This document shows positions 1 through 11,100 of a stretch of 64,000 nt of DNA, piece by piece; the first letter of the stretch is position 1, and each line of letters opens with the position of its first letter. The stretch is from Trichomonas gallinae (lineage: Eukaryota), in assembly GCA_008369845.1 (NCBI GenBank), contig MRSU01005533.1, positions 1 to 64,000 of the forward strand. Direction: 5' to 3'. A model generated the notes under the pieces. The model was not told the origin of the DNA. It saw only the letters and a program-made list of their open reading frames with translations, and did not search any database. The position numbers were made by a program, and so were the translations under genes.

Positions 1-72
1 TTTCCTAGCTCAACAGGATAGAGCTTTGGACTTTTAATCCAAGGGTTTGGGGTTCGAGTCCCCAGGATAGCG
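1..72 (+). tRNA. tRNA-Lys (anticodon UUU); about 2 nt of the 5' end lie outside the window
   Basis: D-arm TAGCTCAACAGGATAGAGC, anticodon arm TTGGA-CTTTTAA-TCCAA, T-arm GGGGTTCGAGTCCCC, 3' acceptor GGATAGC-G, followed by an oligo-T Pol III terminator. Confidence 0.93.
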
Positions 73-216
73 ATTTTTTTTCTTTTTGAAAACATTTTAT
101 TTAAACCTTAAAAACAACAATATAACAATACCTCATAATGCATATCATTATTCAATAGTTAAATCGTTTGAATTTTTTTTTTGAATCTGATATCAAATTA
201 ATTTTCTAATGAACGA

Positions 217-912
217 TCACAATGAAATAATAACCTGTACTATCAAGAGGTAATCGATATGATACCTTGAATCTGGTTGACAATGAATAGAAAACATACC
301 ATTACAATTACAATGAATTGAACAAAGGTCAAATGTTAATGATTGGACTGATCCCAGTTGCATTGGCTCATTGCAATATAGTACAACTTTGTTTGTGTTC
401 GTGAAATGATAGCTATTTGTTTCCAGATTTACCTTTGATTGGAAAACAATAGTAACCTTTGCTACGTATGCGAAATTATCCCGTGAAATACTTGTAAGCT
501 GTGATCTACTACAGAATAGAACTGTGGAATGAATTGTCGATTGATTTGGCTGACTAATGTTATAAAATTGGATTGCATTTTCACCTAAGCTTTTAACAGA
601 AGAAGGAATTTCAATATATAACAAATTACAGCAGTCGGCAAAACATCTCTCTGGAATAGTTTCAATGTTTGCAAGTATAATAACTTTTTTCAATTCCGTG
701 CATCTCGAAAACGCAGCTTTTGAAAAGTTTGCTATAGGAATATTGTTGATTCTTTCATGTATGATTAGTTCCCCAACAACAGAGCTTGAGCTGACTGCTG
801 CGCTTGGGTCGAATAATTCTGGCGAGTTCAATTCATTACCGATAGTTGCATATCGGTTGTTATAGACATAATAACGAATGCCATTGTCTATAAACTCGGT
901 CATCGATAACAT
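217..912 (-). CDS. Short BspA-like (TpLRR/LRR_5) surface protein
   Basis: AFSRCTELKKVIILANIETIPERCFADCCNLLYIEIPSSVKSLG are TpLRR repeats; Cys-rich then hydrophobic C-terminus; paralog of 5340..6002; may start at 903 (MTEF). Confidence 0.85.
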   Translation of the reverse strand: MLSMTEFIDNGIRYYVYNNRYATIGNELNSPELFDPSAAVSSSSVVGELIIHERINNIPIANFSKAAFSRCTELKKVIILANIETIPERCFADCCNLLYIEIPSSVKSLGENAIQFYNISQPNQSTIHSTVLFCSRSQLTSISRDNFAYVAKVTIVFQSKVNLETNSYHFTNTNKVVLYCNEPMQLGSVQSLTFDLCSIHCNCNGMFSIHCQPDSRYHIDYLLIVQVIISL

Positions 913-965
913 TTATTACATTATATAAATGCATTCATTAAATTTGTTCGATGCCAAGTAAATTT

Positions 966-997
966 TTTTACACGACAAAATATTTTACATGACAAAA
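966..997 (-). promoter_or_regulatory. Two copies of the TTTTGWCRYGTAAA upstream motif
   Basis: + strand TTTTACACGACAAAA (966-980) and TTTTACATGACAAAA (983-997), 54-85 bp upstream of the ATG at 912. Confidence 0.6.
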
Positions 998-1195
998 ATT
1001 GTCATTAAAATTTGCAATGGATCACTTTTCATGTAAATGGCAATATTCAATAAAAAGTTCACAAATTCAAGTTGGTCAAAATTTGTAGCACTTATTAAAA
1101 CTGTTTTGCTAAAATTAGTATTTGAATAATTATAATACTTTGGTTTCTATGCAATATGCTGTTGTATTATTACAGAAGCAAGTTTATTTAATTGT

Positions 1196-3686
1196 TTAGA
1201 TGAATAAAAATACAAATAAGCATGCATAAATAATGGGCTGATAATTGATAGTATTACATGTCACGTTATTTTTGCATGGATAAGCGCATGAACGGCGAAG
1301 CATACCTTTACTGATAAGCATTGAAAGGAACTCTTTGTTACGATTTTCTATCTGAAGTCCACAGCCAAGGATAGGACAATTGCGGAAAGCGTTTTCACCA
1401 ACAGATGTAACACATAATGGAATGTTGATCCACTGAAGGCTAATACAACCATCGAAAGCATAGCTACTGATTGTTTCAACACTGTTGGATGGAATCATGA
1501 TGGAGATAATTTTTCTGCAGTCCTGGAATGCAAAGTCATTGATAGTATGAGCGCTGTCTGGGAATGAGAAGTATTTGATGTATGATGAAGGTGGAAAAAC
1601 AATTAAATTACTTAGTATGGAGTCGAAAAGCGCTCCATTGAATACACGGAAATTAGAACTTGAACCAGTGATGTTTGTAAGAGAGATGCAGCCCCGGAAT
1701 GCGCCAACACCAATTGATACAAGTTGTGAATCTGATGGAATATCAAAATTTGTTAAAGACTGACAATTTTTGAATGCGTTATCACCAAATGAAATCAATG
1801 AAGAAGGAATGGTGAGATTTGTGATACCAGTAGACGAAAATGATTCTAAGCCAATAGTTTCAAGATGTGGAGGTAAAATGACATTTGAAAGTAGATTGTT
1901 CTGGCTGAATGCATAATCTGGAATATTGACAAGTTCATTACATTCATATAATTTTAATACACGCAACGAGCATTGATAAAAACATTTGGAGCCAATACAA
2001 TCAAGTGTAGATGGGAATGAAACAGATACGAGATTGCTGCAACCAGCAAAACATTGGTGTTTTATCGTGACAAGATTGTTTGGAAGAGTTATGGAATCCA
2101 GTGATATGCATCCGGAGAAACTGTATTCTGCTAGTGTTTTCAATGGACATGAACTGATATCAATACTAGAAAGCTTTTTGCAATCTTTAAACATTTCAGA
2201 ACCTGCTACATTCAACGTATAACTGCAAAACGATATTAATTCATAACAGTTACAAAATGCCTGATAACCAACAAATTCTATTGTTTTTGGTAGATTAATG
2301 AATCTCAAATTCCAGCAGTCTGTGAAACAATAATCATTGATACGGTGAAGTGCAGAGTTTTGAGGAAATGTAATTGATCGCAATTTAGTGTAGCCTTTGA
2401 ATGCTCCATTGCTGATTTCTTCAACCGTTGACAAAATGGTGATGTCGGTTTCAATATCGGATTCAAAATACTGACTGATTGTGCGATTATTTTTGTCAAT
2501 GATAAACATATTATCTAGTATGTACCATTTGGATATTCCAACAAATTCCAACTGAGTTGTTCTATCGCATATTCGACCTTTTAGACTTTGCACACTTTCA
2601 GGTAATGTAATTTTTCTCAGGTTGTAACATCCAACAAAGCATGATATGCCAATACTAGTAACATTATCTGGAATGATTATTTCACTGATTGATGATTCCA
2701 AAAACATTGAATTGCTTAATGAAGTTAATGAACTTGGAAGTTTGACAGTTCTTAATGATTTGCACGCCCAGAAAACTTCTGAACCAATATAAGTGACTGT
2801 GTCTGGTATTGTAAGTTCAATAAGTTTTGATGCCATGAAACAATTTGCTTCTATTCTGGTCAATGATGATGGAATATTAACATAATTATAAATCCCACGT
2901 CCCATAGAAACGTATCCAATTCCAACAATTCCTTCTGGTATATCAATCGTTTCGACATTCATTTTTTGAGGACAGCTTATTACATATTTTGTTTTAACAT
3001 TAATTAATAATCCATTTTGAATCGTAAAAACATCATTTTTCGAATCAACAGTTATAGATTCTAGTGAAGAAAATTCAAACGAACTTGTGTCAATTGATGT
3101 GACTTTTTCTGTAATTTTTATCGTCGTTATTTTTGTTTGAGCAATACACCAACGTTTTATTGCTGTTATGTCGCTGTCATCTGGAATAGTAAGACTTGAG
3201 AGCTGTCTGCATTCATCAAAGAGACTAAATGGAAAATTAGTTACAGAGGAAGGAAAAACAAAAGATTCTATAATAGTATAAGTAAAGCATGAATCTCCTA
3301 GTGTTTTGATCCCATTTGGAAGGATAATCGATGAACATTTGATGCATTTTGAGAATGCACTCTGAGAAATTGTAGTTAAATGTGTGCATGAACTAAGATC
3401 TATAGTTGTTAGTTTGATACAATTGTAGAAGGAAAATGGTTGAATAACTTCAAGTAACGGTTCATCTTCGAATGAGAGGGAAACTAATGTAGATGAACAT
3501 GGTGTGAGAGCGTTGTTTTCTGATGTTGAACCGCGAATATACTTTGCAAGTCGGTTGACTTTGAGTGTTTCAATATTTTGTTTAGTTGAATAAAGGAATG
3601 ATCTATCACTTGGATACAGACCTCCATTTTCGTCACCTGTGTAGGAAATTTATGGCAGATAAAATCAAATACATGCATTTAAACAT
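1196..3686 (-). pseudogene. BspA-like LRR surface protein (about 829 aa if repaired) with a +1 frameshift after codon 12; could be an assembly error
   Basis: The frame of ORF 1196..2962 stays open up to 3649 (ISYTGDENGGLY...FYNCIKLTTIDLSSCTHL). ATG 3686 gives MFKCMYLILSAI in another frame; deleting one A in GCCATAAATTTCC joins the two. Many TpLRR repeats; hydrophobic C-terminus. Confidence 0.8.
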
Positions 3687-4179
3687 TTTGACAAATAAAA
3701 TCATTCAAGACAAAAAAATTTTTTACATGTCATTTTTATTGGTTTAATTTTTTAATACTTATTATTTTTTCAATACATTTCTGTAACTATCTATTTTATT
3801 TCAAAAATTACCATCAACTACAATTTGTATCTCAGATGCACATTTTTTAAAATCATTTAGAAACTTCGAAATAACAGAGTGATTTGACTCAAAATCTATC
3901 ATTTGATATAACACATCATGGAGGATCTATAAACAAAGTTCAAAACCCCAAAAACATGAATAATCATTACACTTTTTGTCATTATATTGAATTTGGAATT
4001 CATTTTGAAAAGTTGCAAACTGTTACAAATATATTTCTATGTGGATTCAAAATTGAAAACCCCGAAAAGTGGCACATTTGCTGCATATGTATTTTGCCTA
4101 TATTACAGATATTGTTTTTAAAGTATTAATTTTTATAATCATGATTTATTTGATAATATTCATCAAACAAACTTATAAG

Positions 4180-4768
4180 TTAATCTGAATCCTCGAAACT
4201 GTTAAACACACTAAAGTAATCATCATCAAAATCAAAATTTAACTCACAATCAAATTTGGATTCCTCTGAATTAAGATGAACATCTTCTGGAAATATACTT
4301 TTCTTATTTTGAGAATTAATCTTACGCATCAATACTTTGTACCGAGACTTCAAAGAAGCATCAGATCTTCCATTGAAATGTTTCGTAATTATTGTCCATT
4401 TCGATCCAAATTGCTCGCACAGTTTCATTATCAATTCATCCTCATCAAGAGAGTATGGACTATGATTGATATTAGATGCAAGGAACTTTTCCCATCTATC
4501 TTTGCATTGTCTATGGTTTCGACTGGGCATCAATTTGAGATAACTTTCCAGTTATTAAGTCCATGAATGCAAACAAGTTTTCTAAGTCTGGCATCTTCTT
4601 CCTTTGAGAAATGTATCTTCAAGAGAATCCCTTGAAGAGATTATTGTAAATCATGCCCAACTATAAAAGTGATATGATAGGAAAAATCGTATGCCATTGA
4701 CAATCAGTTTGAGTAGTTACAATTGACCGACTAATCTCACTGCTGTTTTTGGCATGTATAATATTCAT
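4180..4768 (-). pseudogene. R2R3 Myb pseudogene
   Basis: R2 start KIHFSKEEDARLRKLVCIHGLNNWKVIS is out of frame with LMPSRNHRQCKDRW...WTIITKHFNGRSDASLKSRY (1-nt loss near 4535); further stops upstream. Confidence 0.8.
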
Positions 4769-5339
4769 TTTTGCATTGTTTGGAACATTTATGGTTATGA
4801 TAGTTTTACGATTTTTACTTCGATTTCAATTTTGAAAAGTTTACAATTGTCCAGCTATTGATATTGCATAATTTGCATCCGAATGATTTGTAATATCACC
4901 CTATAACCGTTTGAATCATAATTCAAAAATCAAATGCCTCAAAAATATTTATATTGTTGTATATATTGATTTTATAATCATTTTAAAATTTCATTCCTTC
5001 ATTAATATTATAAATCTATTGCTATCAACTTAATTTTCCCTGTTATCTAAAACATTTTAATTTTTGGAAATTGGTATCACAGGCAAAATCATTTATTTCT
5101 AATAACAAAGCATATATATCAAAAAAATTCGATATTATTAATGTAATACCACGACTCTTCAGTATTCATTTCTTTTTCAGATGCAGTTAAAAGAGCATCG
5201 AACAATTTTTATTGATAGATAAGATTGCTTCGTTGGACATATTTTAATAAAAAACTTAAACTTTGAAATAATATATAATGCATTCATCGTGTTTACAATA
5301 AGGTTAATAAATACAACATCATATTTACTTCAAAATATA

Positions 5340-6002
5340 TTACATTGAGATGAATATTGTTATAGATATGATGAATATCATATCAAGGATCTTGCTGTAT
5401 TGACAATGGACTGAACATGGATCGAATGTAACTGATTGAAGTATTCCTAGCTTCATTGGCTTGTTACATAATAAATAAACCTTATTAGTATACGAATACA
5501 ATTTTGAATTAGTTTCAATTTGAACTCTAGATTCGAAAATAATAGTAATTGTATCAGCATAGTCAAAATTAAAATTTTCAATAAACTCTAATTGCGATCC
5601 ATTCTTAAATATAACAACTGGATGTATATGAGATTGAGATGGAGTGCAGCTTATATTAAAAAAGTGAATGGATTCTCCTTCAATTTTTTTCACAGAAGCA
5701 GGAATTTCAATATAAACTAAGTTATTGCAATCTGCGAAGCATCTAGTCGGAATTGTTTCAATATTGGCTTTAATTATTACTCGATTTAAATTGAAGCATC
5801 TGGAAAAAGATGATTTTGCAAATCCTTTAATTGGAAGATTGTGAAATGTTTCTGGTATTACTAATTCACCAGAAAGAGATGTATGGCTGCTTGCTGCAGT
5901 TGGCTCTAGTGTAGATGCTAAATATTTCGAAACATTCCCAACAATGACATATTGGTCATCATATACAAAGTAATGAACTCCGTTTTCTACGTATTTTGTC
6001 AT
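5340..6002 (-). CDS. Short BspA-like LRR surface protein
   Basis: SFSRCFNLNRVIIKANIETIPTRCFADCNNLVYIEIPASVKKI; collinear with 217..912; hydrophobic C-terminus. Confidence 0.85.
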   Translation of the reverse strand: MTKYVENGVHYFVYDDQYVIVGNVSKYLASTLEPTAASSHTSLSGELVIPETFHNLPIKGFAKSSFSRCFNLNRVIIKANIETIPTRCFADCNNLVYIEIPASVKKIEGESIHFFNISCTPSQSHIHPVVIFKNGSQLEFIENFNFDYADTITIIFESRVQIETNSKLYSYTNKVYLLCNKPMKLGILQSVTFDPCSVHCQYSKILDMIFIISITIFISM

Positions 6003-6391
6003 TCAGATTATTATGTTTTGTCATTGTTTATATACAACTTATGTTTTGACATGTAAAAGTTTAATCGGGAATTAACCTTATTATTTTCGCAATTCTTTCT
6101 AATTTTGTTCAAACATCACTACTCCATTAGATAACAAGCTTATAAATCATAGTTTGATGTATAGTTCTAGGGATGTTCGAAAAACCGTTCTTTCGAGCAA
6201 AATCGTCGATAAAAAAAAGACGTAGGGTACATACCCCTTATGAAGAGTAAAACACCCTGTTTTATGGATTAATATTTCCCCTTTTTATAGATATCAAACA
6301 CTTTAATTATATACAAATTCTTTTTTATATATTATATAGAATGATCTAATTATTCAATATATCTGATTTATTAAAAGTGACATTATTTTTC

Positions 6392-7456
6392 ATGTAGTCC
6401 AATGATAACTTCCTTTGCAAAATTATATTATATAATCATAAAGATCATGTTCCTTTAGATATTTGGAAAGAATTCTACTGTGATGCATATAAAGGAACAA
6501 AATTTGTAAAAGATTGTGAAAATTGTGATATTCCTACAAACCAGAATGAAATATATGTATATCTAGGTATATTTCATGATCAATCATCTGGTTCTATATC
6601 TATAACTTCTAATAATTATAAATTTCTCCATTCCAGTTGTTTTTTTACTAAATGCTTAAGATCTGGAAGTGGAGGAGCCATATATTTCGAATGTCAAAGT
6701 TCTATTATCCAACACCGATTTTGCTCAAATAATGCAATAATTACAAGCGGTAGTGGATTTCATTCATATTGTAATATTAAAATAGACAATGCAAACTACC
6801 AAAACCATATTATTGAATCAACCATAATAAATTGCAAGCAAGAAAATTGTAATGGATTGATTTATTCTCAACAAGGAAATATTGAAATGCATTCATCGAA
6901 TATTTCAAAGAATTCTGCATATTGTTTTTCAGGATTCCTTTATCGTTATCCTAAAGGGACTGCTTTGAATAAATATTGTACATACGAGAGAAATGCTGCG
7001 AAAAATTACGCATGCTTATATCATTATTACAGCAATGTAGGAAATTTTGAAAATAAACTGTGCAATATAATAAACAATAGTCAAGAAACATCAAACTATG
7101 GAATAATATTTGCTGAATCATCTGCTGATGTTATGCTAAAAAATTGCTCTATTCAAGGTCCGTATGGATCTGGAAAACCATTTGCCTTAAATAGCAATTG
7201 CAATCTCTTTATATCTCATTGCAATGTTGATGATATGCGATATTATATATATGCAGGAACATTCACAACATGTTTCGTTGTGACAACAAACGAAATGAAT
7301 CTTCTTCCACATTTATCTTCATTCGATTGTTATGCAGAAATACGATTGAACACTAATACGAACAAATATGCAGCCGTATCATGCAACAACATGGTAAATG
7401 CTCACGGATCAAATTCATATATCCTTAGTTTATACACTATACTCGATTCAAAATAA
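6392..7456 (+). pseudogene. Cys/Asn-rich putative beta-helix (Pmp-like) surface protein with a stop at codon 2
   Basis: ATG 6392 is followed by in-frame TAG, then the frame is open 6398..7456 (DHVPLDIWKEFYC...CLRSGSGGAIYF...); the GGAI motif suggests Pmp-like; family call is tentative. Confidence 0.6.
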
Positions 7457-8117
7457 ACTTCATTTATTGTTTTAAAACAAAACAAATAAACTTTGTAAAA
7501 TGATTATAAAATCAACAAAAAATCTCAAATAACATATCCACTCGCAATATCAAAGTAGTATTGGGTCAATTATCAACTCATTAATTAGTTCTGGCCTCAT
7601 ACAAACAAGGACATTGCCATGAGTTAATCTTCATGACAACTGATTTCACTTTGTATAATATGTAATAAATAATCATGTCTGGGGTCGAAAAAGTAAAATT
7701 TTTAATAGCATCTAAACCTCCTGGAGAACTTTAATACGGTTCAAATTTGACAAAAAAAATTGTGCAAACGATTATACTAAAAAACAAAGTTTGATATGGC
7801 TATATTTTAATACATTTGCTTTACATGTAAGGTTTATTACCACATATAAATATTCTTATTATTACCAAACATAGTTCAGATTTTTAAATTTATTTTGAAC
7901 TGAAAATAATCGTATACTTTAAAAATTGACATATTTTGGCACTTTTATTCTAGACAATCCGGAATCTAATTCATAAGATTCCTAAAGATTTGGATGAGTT
8001 AAATTAGCTCACTAATATGTATAATTTTGTTATATTTATTCCTGGAGTCTAAATATCAATGATTTCGTTTTTTTTTACAAATAAGGTTTTTTTTTTGACA
8101 ATAGAAAAAAAAATCGG

Positions 8118-11100
8118 ATGCCACCAAAAAAGCATCCAATTCAGAGTCTTCTTGAATCAGCATCGGCGGCGATGTCCATGGAGTGGGAGTTCCAGGATAT
8201 TGTAAAGAGAACTGCCATTTCTCGAATCCCGATTTTAGATAAAAATCAAAAATTTGAATTGGGAGAAGATATTAAAAATAAAATGAAATCAATTGACATA
8301 TTTCGAAAAATAGGTTTCAAATTCGTTGTAGATAACCACACATTCGATCCACTTCCAAGAATGTTAATCGACTCAAAGTATTCTGTTTCATTACAGTTAA
8401 TTTTACTATTTTACCAATGTGTAGTTTGGTCATTCGATACTACACATGTTAAAACAAATGAAGAATTACTCTTGATTTTGTTTACATATCAACAATTATA
8501 CGAAAATATAGGAATTGCTGAAAATCAACTCGAGTATACTCTTCGACTTGCATTAAAATCATGTTTAAACACGCAAAACTACAAATTTACCGATACTGTA
8601 ATAATAAATATTATCGAAATATTCGACAAATCCAAATTTCTCACAGTTAAAATGACAAAAATATTCAACAAAATAATAATACTGGCAAATGCACTCTCAG
8701 AAAATACAAGAAGCGAATTAATTACATTTTTAGTTCACGCATCTACCGAAAAGAGACCTTATTTTGTCAATGCAAATCTTTCTCTAGTCTACGAAATCAT
8801 AAGTCAATACGTCAGCATGCTTGATTCCAAAGGTTTGATGGTTTTTGGATATATGAGTCAATATGCACCCCACGAAATCATGGTTGCACTTATTGGAACA
8901 ATTCCTTATTGCCTATTTACTATGATTCCGAAGTCAAATCGAACAATTGACGTAGAAACTACAAATTTCCCAATGATTGACATTCAAAATCTTCCTTTGG
9001 AGTTTTTTGATATGGATATAGAAGGGGAAGCCATTTTTGATTATCAATTCCCTACTCAATTCTCATTTACTGGAACTCAACTCGCCGAATATTCAGAAAG
9101 AATTGCAAATGCGTTAATTCCTGTATCTAACAAGTACAGAGAGCTTTTCTTCAAGGTGTGCGAAGAGATAATCAACAAAGAAAACAAAACTCAAGTAATA
9201 ATTTTTGCTTGTTTAATTATTATGATAATTGAAAAGCTCACAATTGTTTCATCAGTTTCTAATTCGTATCAAGTTATCACAGAATCCTTCTTTATGTCTT
9301 CACAACAAAATATTTTCGAAAAAATTGATAATGATGTCAGTTTTGGTCGACAAAAACTGTTCAAAATCATCACAAGGAACAGCCCTGAGCTTATATTCGA
9401 TGTATTCGCGAGATTTCCGAGTTCTCCGCTTTTAATTGCAGAATTTATTGTAAGATTATTTCAGTGCAACATATCTAAGCTTAATTTGAAGTTTTTTGCG
9501 AACGAAGGATTCGTGAATTGCTTCATTACATCGATTTATCAGCTCTCAGACTACAAACAGGCAAGAAGCACAATTTTCTACTTTTTGAACTATTTAGTTC
9601 AAATAAATGAAGTTGCAAATATTTGTCTGTCATCGCAAACATTCGTTAAACACTTTTACAGGTTCTTATTCAACAGAAGTTGCGGCACTAAACTGATTCC
9701 GAACATTATAACAATCATGTGCAATTGCAATGATATAATGAAATTGGCACCAGCACTGAATTTTTTCAAAATTGTCATAGAAGTTTGCGCGCAAAATTGC
9801 ATGAAAGATAAAAAATATGTAGACCTCGCTTATTCCATTATACAACTAATGATAGCTGTAGGGAATCATCATGAAATATCATCTGACATTCTAAGGCCTT
9901 TCTTCCTCAAACTTTTGCAGATTAATCTCGACGTGAAAAGAAATGATCTCGTATTCGAATTTTTGTACGTTATAACGAAAGTTGATCCTGATTTTTCAGT
10001 GAGTTCAGAATCATTCAGCATAATTCTTCAAATAATTAGCGAAACATGCGGACAAGAACCATCAGACTTCATTTACGAAATGATCGGAAAAATTACAAAT
10101 CGTTGCAATTTTGACACAAATTTATATCTACCAATAATCACGAAAATCGGAGCCCCACTCGCTATTGGTGCATTTGGATTATCAAAGAGACTTAAAAACA
10201 TTTTGAACGCTTTTGTTAGAATGGTTGACTTGCAGTCGTCAACAATTTTCCAGCTGCATGAATTAGGCGTTGATGTTTTATTGATCCAGTACTTTACAAT
10301 GGACACAGAAATAACATATGTGTCTAACAAAGATTATCAAATGCCAATCTTGCTCGATGAAGAGTGTGAAGCAATAGCAATTCATCTGATATCGAGAATT
10401 GTTTCACAAGCCTCATCACAAAATATTTTAAGTCAGTTCACTCAAATGTTGCAACATTCTCATGCTAAATCTGCTTCTTTGCTAATTGATGAGTCATTTG
10501 GTAGATGTGCTTCAGTTGGTGGAACTGTTTTTCCGCTGGGTTTCGTTCCAACGCAATTTTGCATTGAAAATTTTCCAGCGAATGTTTTCCACAAATCTTT
10601 TTCAATTAAGATTTCATTATGCATTGATACGATTGTATTGTTTAGACAAGAAGGGCTCGTCGAATTATTCAAGATTGTTGATTGCCAGAATTCTTTCATT
10701 CATGTTTTCTTCTCGAGAAATCAAATATTTGTCGTTTACGATGATAAAGACACAACAACGACTTCTTGTTTAATGAGATCAGTTGAGAGTGGAAAATGGT
10801 GTGATCTGATCTTTTCTTTCAAGATTGGAACAGAACCTGTCATCAAAGTGACAACTTTCAGTTCACTTAATCTCAGCGGAAATTCATGCGATACAAAATT
10901 CAGTCCATTCGTAGGAGAAACTGTGAAAATTTATGTTGGCGGCCATGAAGGAGATAAGCCATACCAGCAACTAGGCCAATTCTGCAAATTCAAGATCTAT
11001 ACTGGAACTTTTAATTCCATTGAAGATGATAACGAAAAGAATTTAGTTTACGATGGATCAAATCTTCCATTGTCAAGCACAGAGCAGCATTATCAGAACA

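Noticed and set aside
6395..6397. TAG reassigned to a sense codon genome-wide
   Set aside because: ORFs of 1500-2200 codons contain no in-frame TAG, and the MATE gene ends at TAG
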